From the NCBI GenBank assembly GCA_963662655.2, contig CAXXTU010000002.1:1184001-1248000 (forward strand): a stretch of 64,000 nt of DNA. The letters run 5' to 3'. The DNA is from Candidatus Cloacimonadales bacterium (lineage in GTDB: Bacteria; Cloacimonadota; Cloacimonadia; Cloacimonadales; JAIOQZ01). The position numbers and the translations under genes are program-made. The notes beneath the pieces were generated by a model. The model saw only the letters and a program-made list of their open reading frames with translations. It made no database searches and had not been told where the DNA came from. Positions 9,163 to 19,282 of this stretch are shown here, piece after piece; position 1 is the first letter of the stretch, and the number at the start of each line of letters is the position of its first letter.

Positions 9163-10689
9163 ATGCAAGCATTCTTACAACGACTGGGCATCAAAGAAGT
9201 GAATCCTGGCGCATACTGCGGTCGCTGGCTGGACACTCAGGGTGAAGTCATCGACGTATACTCTCCGATCGACGATTCCCTGATTGCGAAAGTTAAATCG
9301 GCCACGGTTGAGGATTATGACATTGTGGCTCAAGAAGCTCGCGAAGCCTTCAAAACCTGGCGCATGATCCCCGCTCCGCAGCGTGGCGAAATCGTACGTC
9401 AATTGGGCGAAGAACTCCGCAAACACAAGGAAGACCTCGGCAAGCTCGTTACACTTGAAATGGGCAAGATATACACCGAAGGTCTTGGTGAAGTTCAGGA
9501 AATGATCGACATGGCCGACTTCTGCGTGGGGCTCTCCCGTCAGCTTTACGGAATGACGACCCACTCCGAGCGCCCGTTCCACCGCATGTACGAGCAGTGG
9601 CATCCGCTGGGCGTGGTGGGGATCATCTCCGCTTTCAATTTCCCGGTGGCCGTGTGGTCGTGGAACGCGTTTATCGCGGCAGCATGTGGCGACACCATGA
9701 TCTGGAAGCCGTCGTCATCCACTCCGCTTACCGCAATCGCGATTCAGAACATTGTTCACAATGTTCTGGAAGCCAACGACATCCCCAAGGGAATCTTCGG
9801 AATGGTTATCGGACGCGGAAGCACCATTGGCGAGAAGCTGATCAACGATCCAGAGGTCCCGCTTATCAGCGCGACCGGTAGCTGCGCTATGGGCAAGAGA
9901 GTTCACCAGGCAGCGGCAAAGCGTTATGCACAGGTGATTCTCGAGCTCGGCGGCAACAACGCTGTTGTCGTGATGGAAGACGCCAACGTCGAGCTGGCGC
10001 TGAAAGCCGTTCTCTTCGGCGCGGTCGGAACCGCAGGACAGCGCTGTACGTCAACCCGCCGTGTTCTCATCCACGAATCCCTGCACGACAAATTCGTCGA
10101 ATCGCTCAAGAAGGCTTACTCGTCCGTGCCAATCGGCGATCCGCTCGATGGTAAGACCCTGATGGGACCGCTCGTGGACGAAGCAGCCGTCAAGGCATAC
10201 AAGAACGCGATCGAACTCGCGAAAGAACAGGGTGGTAAAATCGTTTACGGAGGTGAAAGCGTTGAATCCGGCGTTCCCGGCAAGCTTTACGTCAAGCCGA
10301 CCATCGTTCTAGCTGAAAACGACTGGCCTATCGTGCAGAACGAAACCTTCGCACCGATACTTTACATCATCAAGATCAAGGACATCGATCATGCGATTGA
10401 AATCCACAACGCAGTTCCGCAGGGACTTTCCTCGGCGATCTTCACCAACAACCTTCGCTACAGCGAACGCTTCCTCTCCCACGCCGGCAGCGATTGCGGT
10501 ATTGCCAACGTCAATATCGGAACCTCCGGAGCGGAGATTGGCGGGGCGTTTGGCGGTCAGAAGGAAACCGGCGGTGGTCGCGAGGCCGGCAGCGACGCAT
10601 GGAAGGCTTACATGCGCCGTCAGACCAACACCATCAACTGGTCAACCGAGATTCCTCTCGCACAGGGTGTGAAATTCGATATCGATTGA
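9163..10689 (+). CDS. NAD-dependent aldehyde dehydrogenase, ALDH7/antiquitin (piperideine-6-carboxylate dehydrogenase-like)
   Basis: GEVQEMID, SAFNFPVAVW, LELGGNNA, GTAGQRCTS, GAEIGGAFGG, SDAWKAYMRRQT; GGAGG RBS before MQAF. Confidence 0.92.
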   Translation: MQAFLQRLGIKEVNPGAYCGRWLDTQGEVIDVYSPIDDSLIAKVKSATVEDYDIVAQEAREAFKTWRMIPAPQRGEIVRQLGEELRKHKEDLGKLVTLEMGKIYTEGLGEVQEMIDMADFCVGLSRQLYGMTTHSERPFHRMYEQWHPLGVVGIISAFNFPVAVWSWNAFIAAACGDTMIWKPSSSTPLTAIAIQNIVHNVLEANDIPKGIFGMVIGRGSTIGEKLINDPEVPLISATGSCAMGKRVHQAAAKRYAQVILELGGNNAVVVMEDANVELALKAVLFGAVGTAGQRCTSTRRVLIHESLHDKFVESLKKAYSSVPIGDPLDGKTLMGPLVDEAAVKAYKNAIELAKEQGGKIVYGGESVESGVPGKLYVKPTIVLAENDWPIVQNETFAPILYIIKIKDIDHAIEIHNAVPQGLSSAIFTNNLRYSERFLSHAGSDCGIANVNIGTSGAEIGGAFGGQKETGGGREAGSDAWKAYMRRQTNTINWSTEIPLAQGVKFDID

Positions 10690-10707
10690 TCGATCGATTG
10701 TAGATAT

Positions 10708-10735
10708 AAAGGGAATCCTCCGGGATTCCCTTTTT
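10708..10735 (+). terminator. intrinsic terminator
   Basis: AAAGGGAATCC-TCCG-GGATTCCCTTTTT. Confidence 0.85.
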
Positions 10736-10805
10736 CATTGTCTTAATCACGATTCACATGATTTCCGCGATTTACAGGATGGAGAGACGTCGCTGGCCTA
10801 TGGCA

Positions 10806-10907
10806 GTCGTACGCACATTCGCCCGATCGCCCCTCCATCGTGAATGAACACGCCTGCGCCGTGTAACACCACGCCTCCGGAGCGATCGAACGAATCTGCT
10901 GTACGAC
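10806..10907 (+). repeat. dispersed structured hairpin element, copy 2
   Basis: GTCGTAC..GTACGAC outer stem; TTCGCCCGATCGC...GTGTAACACCACG...GCGATCGAACGAATCTGCT. Confidence 0.8.
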
Positions 10908-10997
10908 GATCAACTGAATCAGGCGATTGGAGGTTTTCCTTTACGTTTTCCATGCTCGTTTTACGGTTTGTTCATGAAGCATGCCAGGAGGCAATCA

Positions 10998-11600
10998 ATG
11001 AGCTATGACCTTGAAGCCGAGAAGTGCTGCTGGTTCGCGCCTGAAGTGGCGTTCGGGCTTAGCTATAAGTGCATTGAGCCAGGGCAGACGCTGCTGGATA
11101 TCGGCATCGGCACCGGACTCAGCTCCGATCTTTTCCGCAAAGCCGGACTGATCATCCACGGCATGGATATCTCGGAGGAGATGCTCGATATCTGTCGTGA
11201 TAAGGGATATGAGAATCTACAGCAGCACGATATCCTGCAATTACCTTATCCCTATGGTGAATAAAGCATGGATCATGTTGTTTGTACCGGAGTGATGCAC
11301 TTCTTCCCGGATCCCGAACCCATTTTTGGAGAAGCTGCCAGGATTGTCAGGAAAGGTGGACTTTTTGTGTTCGTCGTGGCTGATCGACAGCAAGATGAAC
11401 CTGGCGAGATCGTAATCGGAGAAGAAATCGCTGGCGCGCATCAAAACGTGGTTCTATACCGATTCGGGATGGATCGAGTCCGCTCCTGGGTTGCTTTATA
11501 CAGATTCGAAATGGTACGAGACATCTCGTTCACGGTTTTTGCCGATGCAAGTCGCCGATTCCCCATGCAGATGAGGGCTTACGTGGCAAGGAAGCTGTAG
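10998..11600 (+). pseudogene. class I SAM-dependent methyltransferase interrupted by an in-frame TAA
   Basis: LLDIGIGTG and GMDISEEML, then LPYPYGE-TAA(11262-11264)-SMDHVVCTGVMHF continuing in the same frame; AGGAGG RBS before ATG 10998. Confidence 0.75.
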
Positions 11601-11625
11601 CATACTATTTCAGCGATGTTGGAAT

Positions 11626-11656
11626 AAAGAAAAGAGCAGGATTACATCCTGCTCTT
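11626..11656 (-). terminator. intrinsic terminator between convergent genes, probably bidirectional
   Basis: AAGAGCAGGAT-TAC-ATCCTGCTCTT preceded by an A-rich run (U-rich on the minus strand). Confidence 0.7.
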
Positions 11657-11709
11657 CTAGCAAGTGAGTTTCTATGTCTCTATTTCGGAGAGAATCTGAT
11701 TATTAGCAG

Positions 11710-13521
11710 CTATTTCAGTAGAACCATCTTTTTCACGGAAGAGCGGTCGTCTGCATTCAGTTTATAGAAATACACACCGGAACTAACGCGGTGGTTACCA
11801 CCATCGAGCCCGTCCCAGGTCACCGAATGAGTTCCTCTTGTTCTCTCCTCGGAAAGGAGCGTTCTGATCTTCTGACCCTTCAGGTTGTAGATATCGACTT
11901 CCACGTGAGAGTCATTTTCCAGATTGAAGGAGATGGTCGTCGTCGGATTGAAGGGATTGGGATAATTCTGGTTCAAGGTGAACGGAGCGGCTTCGACGTC
12001 GGTACCGCCATTATCCATCGTGCCACCATCATAATAAATATCATCGAGACCGAATTCACACTGGATTCCGTGCTCTTCCAGAATCACGAACGAGTAGCTG
12101 AGCATTCTCAGATCGATGTATTCTCCCCGGATATCTTCAACAGGGATGATCGCCTGACCCCATTCGCCATTGCGCTGGAGATTGTAGGTTGTCTGGTTTG
12201 CGGGGAACTCGACATAGGACTGATTGCCCCATGAATCGATGATGCCAATCTTGAAGGTAACGTTCGCTGGAATCTTGATCATGAATTTCAGATCGCCGTC
12301 GCCGAACTCGAAGAGATTCAGCGGCTGCTCCGACATGATACCCGCGCCAAACCAGCCGATGCCGTTTGTGATCCAGGAAATGCCGTTCTCGCCCTCGTAT
12401 GGAGGGATCGAACCCTCGTTGAGCGTTCCTTCCCACACGTAGATGTGGGAATCGACATCGATCTCGCAACTGTTGTAGGTTTCGGTCTCATCGGTGAAAA
12501 GCCCGTACGATTCGTACTGTGGGGTCGGTGGACCCAGATGAACTTCGCCCTGCCCGTTCCATTGCATGACCTTGATATAGTCGATGTACATCTCTGCAGG
12601 GAAGGACATCGAGACCGGCTGGCCGCTTCCCGGATCGCCCAGGTTGTAAGCGTCTGTCAAAGCGCCGCCGATGGCCATGTTCGCGATCAGGTAGAAGGTG
12701 TCGTTGAACTCGGCTGAAAGGCTGTCGATCACATAGGGTTCTTCGAACAGGTCGTACTCGACATCGTTATCGATGACCGTGAATCGCAGGCTGTTCTCGT
12801 CCCAGTAGGTTCGATAGGTAAGGAATCTTCCGGTCAAACCCGGATCGTAGTTGTAGTAAGGCCGGCAGGATTCATCGGTAGGATCCCATGAAAGGCTTGC
12901 CGCGCCGGATGGGTTCTCCGGCGTCACCGCGTCATCGGAATAATAGATCGCGTTCGCGCTCGTCATCTGATTGACGGTGGAGTTATCCATGTTGTTTCCG
13001 CCGTTATGGCCGTCGTGTAGATTACGGAAAGAAGCGGTATGCCCCATTTCCATCATGTCGATCTCACCGCAGCGAGGCCAGGTGTAATTGCTGGTTCCCA
13101 GCATCCAGATAGCCGGCCATCCGCCCAAATTGAGATCGGGAATGAGAACGCGGCTTTCAATCACGCCGTACTTGATCGAAACAAAAGATTTCGTGTTCAA
13201 GCGAGCCGATGTGTAGTTCAACGGATTTCCCCACTGATCCACGATTCCAGGCCCCGATTCGTTTCGTGCCGTGATCCGCAGGGCATTGTTGCCCGGATCG
13301 CTCGGCATCTCGGTGATTTCTGCATTATCCGACTGGTAATACTGTAATTCGCCGTTTCCCCAACCCCAGGAACCGTTTCCGGTCTCCACGAGCCAGTTGT
13401 CCAAATTATCGAAGTTCTCTTCCCAAATCACATCCCCAACCTGGGCGGAAAGAAAACCAAAAGCAAGAAAAGCAAGCAACAGTAGTGATCGAAGGTGAAA
13501 TTTCTGCTCCATTTTAGTCAT
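11710..13521 (-). CDS. secreted GH16 laminarinase-like endo-beta-1,3-glucanase with a putative CBM and a FlgD-Ig/T9SS-type C-terminal domain
   Basis: Signal peptide; WGWGNGELQYY, WPAIWMLG, catalytic WPRCGEIDMME; C-terminal QNYPNPFNPTTTISF...SGVYFYKL...KKMVLLK. Confidence 0.9.
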   Translation of the reverse strand: MTKMEQKFHLRSLLLLAFLAFGFLSAQVGDVIWEENFDNLDNWLVETGNGSWGWGNGELQYYQSDNAEITEMPSDPGNNALRITARNESGPGIVDQWGNPLNYTSARLNTKSFVSIKYGVIESRVLIPDLNLGGWPAIWMLGTSNYTWPRCGEIDMMEMGHTASFRNLHDGHNGGNNMDNSTVNQMTSANAIYYSDDAVTPENPSGAASLSWDPTDESCRPYYNYDPGLTGRFLTYRTYWDENSLRFTVIDNDVEYDLFEEPYVIDSLSAEFNDTFYLIANMAIGGALTDAYNLGDPGSGQPVSMSFPAEMYIDYIKVMQWNGQGEVHLGPPTPQYESYGLFTDETETYNSCEIDVDSHIYVWEGTLNEGSIPPYEGENGISWITNGIGWFGAGIMSEQPLNLFEFGDGDLKFMIKIPANVTFKIGIIDSWGNQSYVEFPANQTTYNLQRNGEWGQAIIPVEDIRGEYIDLRMLSYSFVILEEHGIQCEFGLDDIYYDGGTMDNGGTDVEAAPFTLNQNYPNPFNPTTTISFNLENDSHVEVDIYNLKGQKIRTLLSEERTRGTHSVTWDGLDGGNHRVSSGVYFYKLNADDRSSVKKMVLLK

Positions 13522-13564
13522 ACATACCTCTGCGTTCGTTTTTTTTATTCACAATCTGTATATT

Positions 13565-14185
13565 TTATTCTATTTTCGATATCGTGTTTGACTCGGTATC
13601 GAACACATAACCCCACTCGCTCAAATCGGCGAGCGCCTCTGCTGGATCACTGTAAAGCGGAAGCAGGTTCAGTTCGGAGGGATCGAACAGGCTCTCGCCA
13701 ACGATGTCCCTCAGCACGACCGCATAATACGTGTCGTCATCGATCCACCATGCGCTCCACCAGGTCACCGAGCCGTAGAAGTGATCGAGTACCGCGCGAT
13801 AGGCTCTGATCGCCTGCGCTCTCGCATTGGGGCTTCCGCCCTCCGTGTAGAGCTCATGAAGCGATTTCGCCGTGTAATATTGATATTCGCCCATGGGGCT
13901 TCTCGCCAGCATTGAGGCCCAAAGGTAAAATTTCGCTTTGGGAGAAGGACATTCGTCGTTCAGATCCCAGACGTTTTCCGAGTTCAGGTTCGCTTCCGCA
14001 AATGGATTGTCCGGATTATCCAGCACTTCAATGTTCGGATAGATTCCTTCGTCTGCCGAGTACAAGTCGAGCGAAAGGTCCGTCGGGAGTTCAACCGTTG
14101 TCGAAAGGGTTCCATTCTTCGAGTCACATCCGGCGATTAAGCCCAGCGCCAGGATGATCACAGCCCAGATGATTAAATTTCTCAT
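13565..14185 (-). CDS. hypothetical lipoprotein
   Basis: Lipobox LIAG-C; Trp/Tyr-rich helical region; GGAGG RBS. Confidence 0.75.
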   Translation of the reverse strand: MRNLIIWAVIILALGLIAGCDSKNGTLSTTVELPTDLSLDLYSADEGIYPNIEVLDNPDNPFAEANLNSENVWDLNDECPSPKAKFYLWASMLARSPMGEYQYYTAKSLHELYTEGGSPNARAQAIRAYRAVLDHFYGSVTWWSAWWIDDDTYYAVVLRDIVGESLFDPSELNLLPLYSDPAEALADLSEWGYVFDTESNTISKIE

Positions 14186-14199
14186 TGTTTCCTCCCTCC

Positions 14200-17100
14200 T
14201 TAGAACTCGATCCGGTAGTAGAGACCTGTCTGGAATTCGTAGTCGTTGTTGATTCCTTCCGTCTCGTTGCTCGGAGAATTTTCATCCAACGTTCTCAAGA
14301 TGGTCTTGTAGCCGATCTTGCTGGAGACGGAATCGTCCAGCAGGTTGTCGATCAGAACGGCAAGATCGAGCTTGAACTGATACGGATAGGTGATGTTGAA
14401 TTGACGATACCAATCGTACGGTCCCCAGGCGTCCTTCTTCGCGTACGCCGCAACGATGTACTTCTGGTTGAATGTGAACTCGGTTTCGAGCGTGTAGAAT
14501 TCGGCAGGGGCTCCATCGGGATTCCCGGTGGATTGCTGCTTGCCGACGCCGAGGTTGGTGACGATGTGCAGGTCGGGATTGGGGTTCATGATGACGCTAC
14601 CCTTTGCCTCCCACACTTCCTCTTTGGGAAGTCCGCTTCCGAATGGAGCATTCGTCTCGCCTTCCTGATAATAGAACAGGTATGCGTCGGTTTCCGTTGT
14701 ATATTTTGTATAGTTTCCGCCGACCGTGAACGCGAATCCCGCGTCTTCTTTCGCATCGCGATTCCAGTCGTAGAAATTACTTGCGGGGGTTGGATCGTAG
14801 GTGATGAAGAATTCGCCGGAGACAGCCTCGCGGTTGTCCAGCACAGCGAACGGATCGTCGTCGCGGTTGCGGGGCGAAGTACCCGTGTAGAAGTCCGTGC
14901 CGTCCATGTGAGGCTCGGAGGAAGGCACCGCGTCGATCAGGTTCTCGCGATACATCGCGCGAGGAAGCAGCCATACATTGCCGATCGGAATCAGCATACC
15001 GGCTTCGTAAACGATCTTGTTACCGAGCGACGAGTACGGCATGGTCGAATTCCTCTCGACGAGCGCTGCGCCGCCATCGGCAACCAGACCCGCGTATTGA
15101 ACAGACGCATCGATCAGCGTGGAGCCGAGGTTGAATGACAGTTTCGCTTTGGCTGCCTGCGTATCCTTGAACTCGATCTCGTCCCTGTAAATCTGATCGT
15201 TTTCCACATACTCATATTCTTCGTCGATCCTCTCCGTGCCGGAAACGAGGTATCCGATCTCGATTGTCGTCCCCGGGATGTAGTCCGTCTTCAGCGAAAG
15301 CGCTGTTTGACGTGTCGCCCGTTCGGTAGCTTCCGTTGCTGTCGATGAGGCGTCCGCCTGCGCGAAATCCTCGGAGTGGACGAACGTGTACTGGAATCTG
15401 TCGCTTCCGAACTGGTATTTCACGATCGCCTTCGGATTGGCGCCCCAGTATACTTCGGGACCGGCCACGATTTTCAGACCTTCCAGATAGCGCTTTCCTT
15501 CGAACTCGACACCGTAGGGAGCCTTCGCGTTCCAGATGTCCATCCCTTCCATATCGGTCGCTTCGTGCATCAGGCCAAAGAAATCGCCTTCATAGCCCCA
15601 GTGGTAACGCGGGACGTGGTAGAAGGTAGTGAAATTGTAATTGTCGCCTTTATATCGCGCCTCGAAGCTGTAAATCTCGATGCGCTCATTGTCGTTTACT
15701 TCCTGTGTGGTGTTGACCTTCACACCGTTCTCGTCTTCTTCGGTGGTGACGGTGACGTAACTTTCGCCGCGCTTCCCGTAGTACTGCTCGAGCTGTAGGT
15801 CGGCCATGTTGCCAAGAAGGTTCAGGGTGAATTCGCCGTCGATGCGGTTGGTGGGCTGGAACTCGAAATCGAGGAAGAGCATCTCGCCGTTGGTGAAATC
15901 GATTCCGTCCTTGCCGTCTTCTTCGATCGGCTCGGACTTCCCGTTGAAGGCTAAATCGCCTTGCAGGCGTCCGCCCGAGAGCTTCAGCACATCGCCGCCA
16001 AGCCCGTCCTTCTGGACCATGCGAAGCGCACTCTTCATGCTGAGGAATTCCATATCGATAGTATCGATCTCGCGATTCATCTCGGCTTTATCAACCAGGT
16101 ACGGGTCGATCGCCCACATCTTTTTCATTACGTCGTAAGCCATACGAGGCGTCGCTTCGGACACCCCGTCCTCGTTTTTCTGCTCGAGCCGGCAGATGCC
16201 GAACCATTCTTCGTTCATGTTGTTCTTGCCATGCACGAAGTCGAACGAGTAACCACCGTTGCTCCAGGAGGCGTTCTTGTCGTGGATGTCGAGATTCTCG
16301 GTCTGCTTGTACTTCCACCATTCGTCGCGCCACTCGAAGAGACATCCGCCGAGTGCGTTTCCTTCATCGCCTTTATCGTAGCTCTTGTTGTAAATCTCGA
16401 TCCAATTGCCCTTGACGATATTCGCCTGGCCTACCTGCTCTTCCTTGAATGTCAGCGCGTTGAATGCGTCGCTGCCAAACTCGGTGAGCATCACGGGCAG
16501 GCCGAGCTCGTCGTGAACCCGTTGCCACATGTCCGTGAAGCTGATACCGCGGTAGGCGTTTACGCCGAGGATATCCAGATCCTTGCAGTATTCCTTGATG
16601 AGGTCGATGTACTGGATATCGCCGTTCACGATGAGATACGGGTGGGTCGAATCGGCTTTCTTCGCTTCTTCGATCGCTTCATTATATAAGCTGTAGAGAT
16701 ATTTTGCTTTTTCTTTGTGGCGTTCGCCTTCGGGGATGTTCTCGATCTCGAAGCTTGCCCACTCGAGTCCGTAGTTGTTCTCGTTGCCGAGCGCGAACAT
16801 GAGGACACCCGGGATATCCTTGTAGAGGTTTACCATCTCCACGAAATCCCTTTTCAAGGTTGCGCGGGTGGTGGGATCGGAGTAGTTGGTCCAGACATAC
16901 CATACGCCGTCTACATTGTAACCGTAGCGTCCCATCAGGTGATTGATCACCGTCATGATGCCGTAGTGCCTGTAGATGTATTCAATCCATTTGGGTGGGA
17001 TTCCGCCGAACTGCCTGATCGTGTTGACGCCGGCGTCCTTCATCAACTTGCATTCATAATCCAGAATCTTCTGAATCTGCTCGTCCGATTTCGACCAGAG

Positions 17101-17295
17101 GTTGTAGGAGTAATTTTCCCCGATGGGTGTGTAGCCCCATACAATACCTTTGACGAAATAGTCGTCGCCGTCAACCTTCAGTTTCCAGCCATTGTCGTCC
17201 TGATATGTCGATACGGCGTTGGGCTGGTTGGGTGTCGCAGCCAGTGCCATACTAATGAAAAATACGAGTGGCAAAGTAATACAAATACGCTTCAT
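14200..17295 (-). CDS. GH2-like TIM-barrel glycosidase fused to a predicted outer-membrane beta-barrel
   Basis: Signal peptide; GVNTIRQF, LGNENNY, LTEFGSDAF, FEWRDEWWK; C-terminal ~600 aa looks like amphipathic beta-strands and ends YYRIEF. Confidence 0.75.
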   Translation of the reverse strand: MKRICITLPLVFFISMALAATPNQPNAVSTYQDDNGWKLKVDGDDYFVKGIVWGYTPIGENYSYNLWSKSDEQIQKILDYECKLMKDAGVNTIRQFGGIPPKWIEYIYRHYGIMTVINHLMGRYGYNVDGVWYVWTNYSDPTTRATLKRDFVEMVNLYKDIPGVLMFALGNENNYGLEWASFEIENIPEGERHKEKAKYLYSLYNEAIEEAKKADSTHPYLIVNGDIQYIDLIKEYCKDLDILGVNAYRGISFTDMWQRVHDELGLPVMLTEFGSDAFNALTFKEEQVGQANIVKGNWIEIYNKSYDKGDEGNALGGCLFEWRDEWWKYKQTENLDIHDKNASWSNGGYSFDFVHGKNNMNEEWFGICRLEQKNEDGVSEATPRMAYDVMKKMWAIDPYLVDKAEMNREIDTIDMEFLSMKSALRMVQKDGLGGDVLKLSGGRLQGDLAFNGKSEPIEEDGKDGIDFTNGEMLFLDFEFQPTNRIDGEFTLNLLGNMADLQLEQYYGKRGESYVTVTTEEDENGVKVNTTQEVNDNERIEIYSFEARYKGDNYNFTTFYHVPRYHWGYEGDFFGLMHEATDMEGMDIWNAKAPYGVEFEGKRYLEGLKIVAGPEVYWGANPKAIVKYQFGSDRFQYTFVHSEDFAQADASSTATEATERATRQTALSLKTDYIPGTTIEIGYLVSGTERIDEEYEYVENDQIYRDEIEFKDTQAAKAKLSFNLGSTLIDASVQYAGLVADGGAALVERNSTMPYSSLGNKIVYEAGMLIPIGNVWLLPRAMYRENLIDAVPSSEPHMDGTDFYTGTSPRNRDDDPFAVLDNREAVSGEFFITYDPTPASNFYDWNRDAKEDAGFAFTVGGNYTKYTTETDAYLFYYQEGETNAPFGSGLPKEEVWEAKGSVIMNPNPDLHIVTNLGVGKQQSTGNPDGAPAEFYTLETEFTFNQKYIVAAYAKKDAWGPYDWYRQFNITYPYQFKLDLAVLIDNLLDDSVSSKIGYKTILRTLDENSPSNETEGINNDYEFQTGLYYRIEF

Positions 17296-17371
17296 AATTG
17301 TTGAGCAATCGTATCGGACCATCTTCCGCTCCCTTGTTGTAATCAGTAAAGCGCTCCGTAATTCGTCACGC

Positions 17372-17409
17372 CTCTATATAGCAATTGAAATGCGGCGAAT
17401 AACTGTCAA
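17372..17409 (-). promoter_or_regulatory. putative promoter (-35 TTGACA) plus operator of the leftward glucanase operon
   Basis: TTGACA on the minus strand at 17404-17409; CTCTATATAGCA at 17372-17383 (10/12 match to TGCTATATAGCA). Confidence 0.6.
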
Positions 17410-17740
17410 GTATATTTTATCATTATTCCATGTATTTCCACATCGTTCCCTCACTAATATCGCTCATAAAGGGGTTATCGCAAATAAATCAAATTGATTT
17501 CAGCCTGAATCCTCTTTGCATCGCATCTCATATTCTTCTGCGGTACTTACCGACTTGTTTGAACCTTGCTATACTGCGCATTATCCCCGGAGTTTTTCTA
17601 GAGAGCGCCGTAACTCGCGTGAGTAATTTTAGACTATATAGCAGTTAGATTTCGAATGGTTTTAAGCTGCACGACCGTCTGACGTTTCGATCGGATCGCC
17701 TGCATGTATTTGCAATACTGGCAGGCATTAACGAAAAAAG

Positions 17741-18799
17741 CTATCTCTTCGCGGCCTTCGAGCAGGAGTTCCTAATCGTGAGATGCGCCGGAAGGATCGC
17801 ATGCTGGTAATCGAGATCGACACCCTCAATCATCGAGAGAAGCATGCCCACGGACCGCTCCACGATCGCATCGATCGGCGCGGCAATCGTCGTGAGCGCT
17901 GGAAACACCTTGGAAGCGACCACGATGTCGTCGAATCCGACGACACTCATCTCGTCGGGAATCTGGAATCCGTTCTCGCGAATCACTTTCATCGCGCCGA
18001 TTGCCATGGAGTCGTTCGCGCACATGATCGCAGTGGGGGGATTCTTCAGAGACAGCAGATACTTGGCCCCCTGCTCGCCCGATTCGTAGGAGAAATCGCC
18101 CTTGAATATGAGCTCCTCATCGACCTTCGCGCCCTGGCTTACCAGCGTGCTTGTGTAGCCCATCAATCTCTCGCGGCACACATCGGAATCGAGTAGACCG
18201 TTGATGAAGCCGATGCGACGATGCCCGAGCGACCACAGGTAATTAACGGCCTCGCTGCTTCCGTTGAAGTTGTCCAGCGTCACCGAGGGGATCGATTTGT
18301 CCGACGAGAGGTTGTCCAGCAGGACGATGGGAAGCATGCGCTTGAGCTCCTGGATTTTGTTCTCGATGCGTGGGAAACAACAGATGATCACGCCGTCGAT
18401 CTTCTTCTGGTTGTTGAGCGGATTCAGGTCGTCCGGCTCGGAGAACAGCACCAGATTGTAGCCCTTCTGCTTCACGACCTTTTCCAGCGCATTGAATACG
18501 AGCGAGTAGTAGGGACTGGAAATCCCTTCCTTGATTCCCTGATCGAGGAAAAAACCGATGTTGTGCGTGATTTTGGGCGTCATCTTGCTGTGGCTGACGA
18601 AAGTTCCCTTGGTGGTGAACTTATGGAGAATACCCTCTTCGACGAGCTCGGTAATCGCTCTTCTGACGGTCATATAAGACACACCGTGGATCTGGGCGAG
18701 CGCACGTTCCCCGGGCAGTTTCCCGTTGACTTCTCCGCTCCGGATTCCGTCTTTGATTTTCTCTTTCACGCTGATATATTTCAGTGTTTTTCCACTCAT
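17741..18799 (-). CDS. transcriptional regulator with a GntR wHTH and LacI-type sugar-binding domain (AraR-like)
   Basis: KLPGERALAQIHGVSYMTVRRA...KGTFV followed by LGHRRIG, PTAIMCANDSMAIG, IPDEMSVVGFDD. Confidence 0.92.
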   Translation of the reverse strand: MSGKTLKYISVKEKIKDGIRSGEVNGKLPGERALAQIHGVSYMTVRRAITELVEEGILHKFTTKGTFVSHSKMTPKITHNIGFFLDQGIKEGISSPYYSLVFNALEKVVKQKGYNLVLFSEPDDLNPLNNQKKIDGVIICCFPRIENKIQELKRMLPIVLLDNLSSDKSIPSVTLDNFNGSSEAVNYLWSLGHRRIGFINGLLDSDVCRERLMGYTSTLVSQGAKVDEELIFKGDFSYESGEQGAKYLLSLKNPPTAIMCANDSMAIGAMKVIRENGFQIPDEMSVVGFDDIVVASKVFPALTTIAAPIDAIVERSVGMLLSMIEGVDLDYQHAILPAHLTIRNSCSKAAKR

Positions 18800-18854
18800 C
18801 GGTATTCCTTTTAGTATTCGCTGTTTTCCAGTGCATTCTCATACGCTATTTCAA

Positions 18855-18895
18855 TAATATATAGCAGTGCTCGCAAATTGCTATATTTCGGTCAA
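18855..18895 (-). promoter_or_regulatory. putative autoregulated promoter of the regulator
   Basis: TTGACC on the minus strand at 18890-18895; operator-like TAATATATAGCA at 18855-18866 and TGCTATATTTCG at 18879-18890. Confidence 0.55.
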
Positions 18896-19282
18896 GGTAT
18901 TTATTCAAAATTCCTCTTAATTTTCCTCGTTCCCGAAGTTTTTTAGCAATATCCCCCCGGCATTTCTCCCATTGGATGTACCGAAACCAAAGCAGGTATT
19001 GCCACAATCGCCAGGTAGTAATCGAGAGATAATGCATCGATAACTAAATCTCTATCACGCTGTATTACTGCCAATTAACCGCCTTTACGCCGGCTCGCTG
19101 ATTCCTACCCACACGTAGAACGGCATGATGTTATTCGCGATATACGCCGCGACAACAAGCACAAAAAGGCGCGCCGACCTCCGAAGTATAGCAGTGAATT
19201 TTTTTTGCCTTCATCGACAATAGCAATGAGTTGGCTTACCGTTCATTTTCATTATATTCTCACACAGAAAATAAAAAAATAC

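Noticed and set aside
11262..11264. Selenocysteine/pyrrolysine readthrough or an alternative genetic code
   Set aside because: The codon is TAA, which terminates many other genes in the window normally
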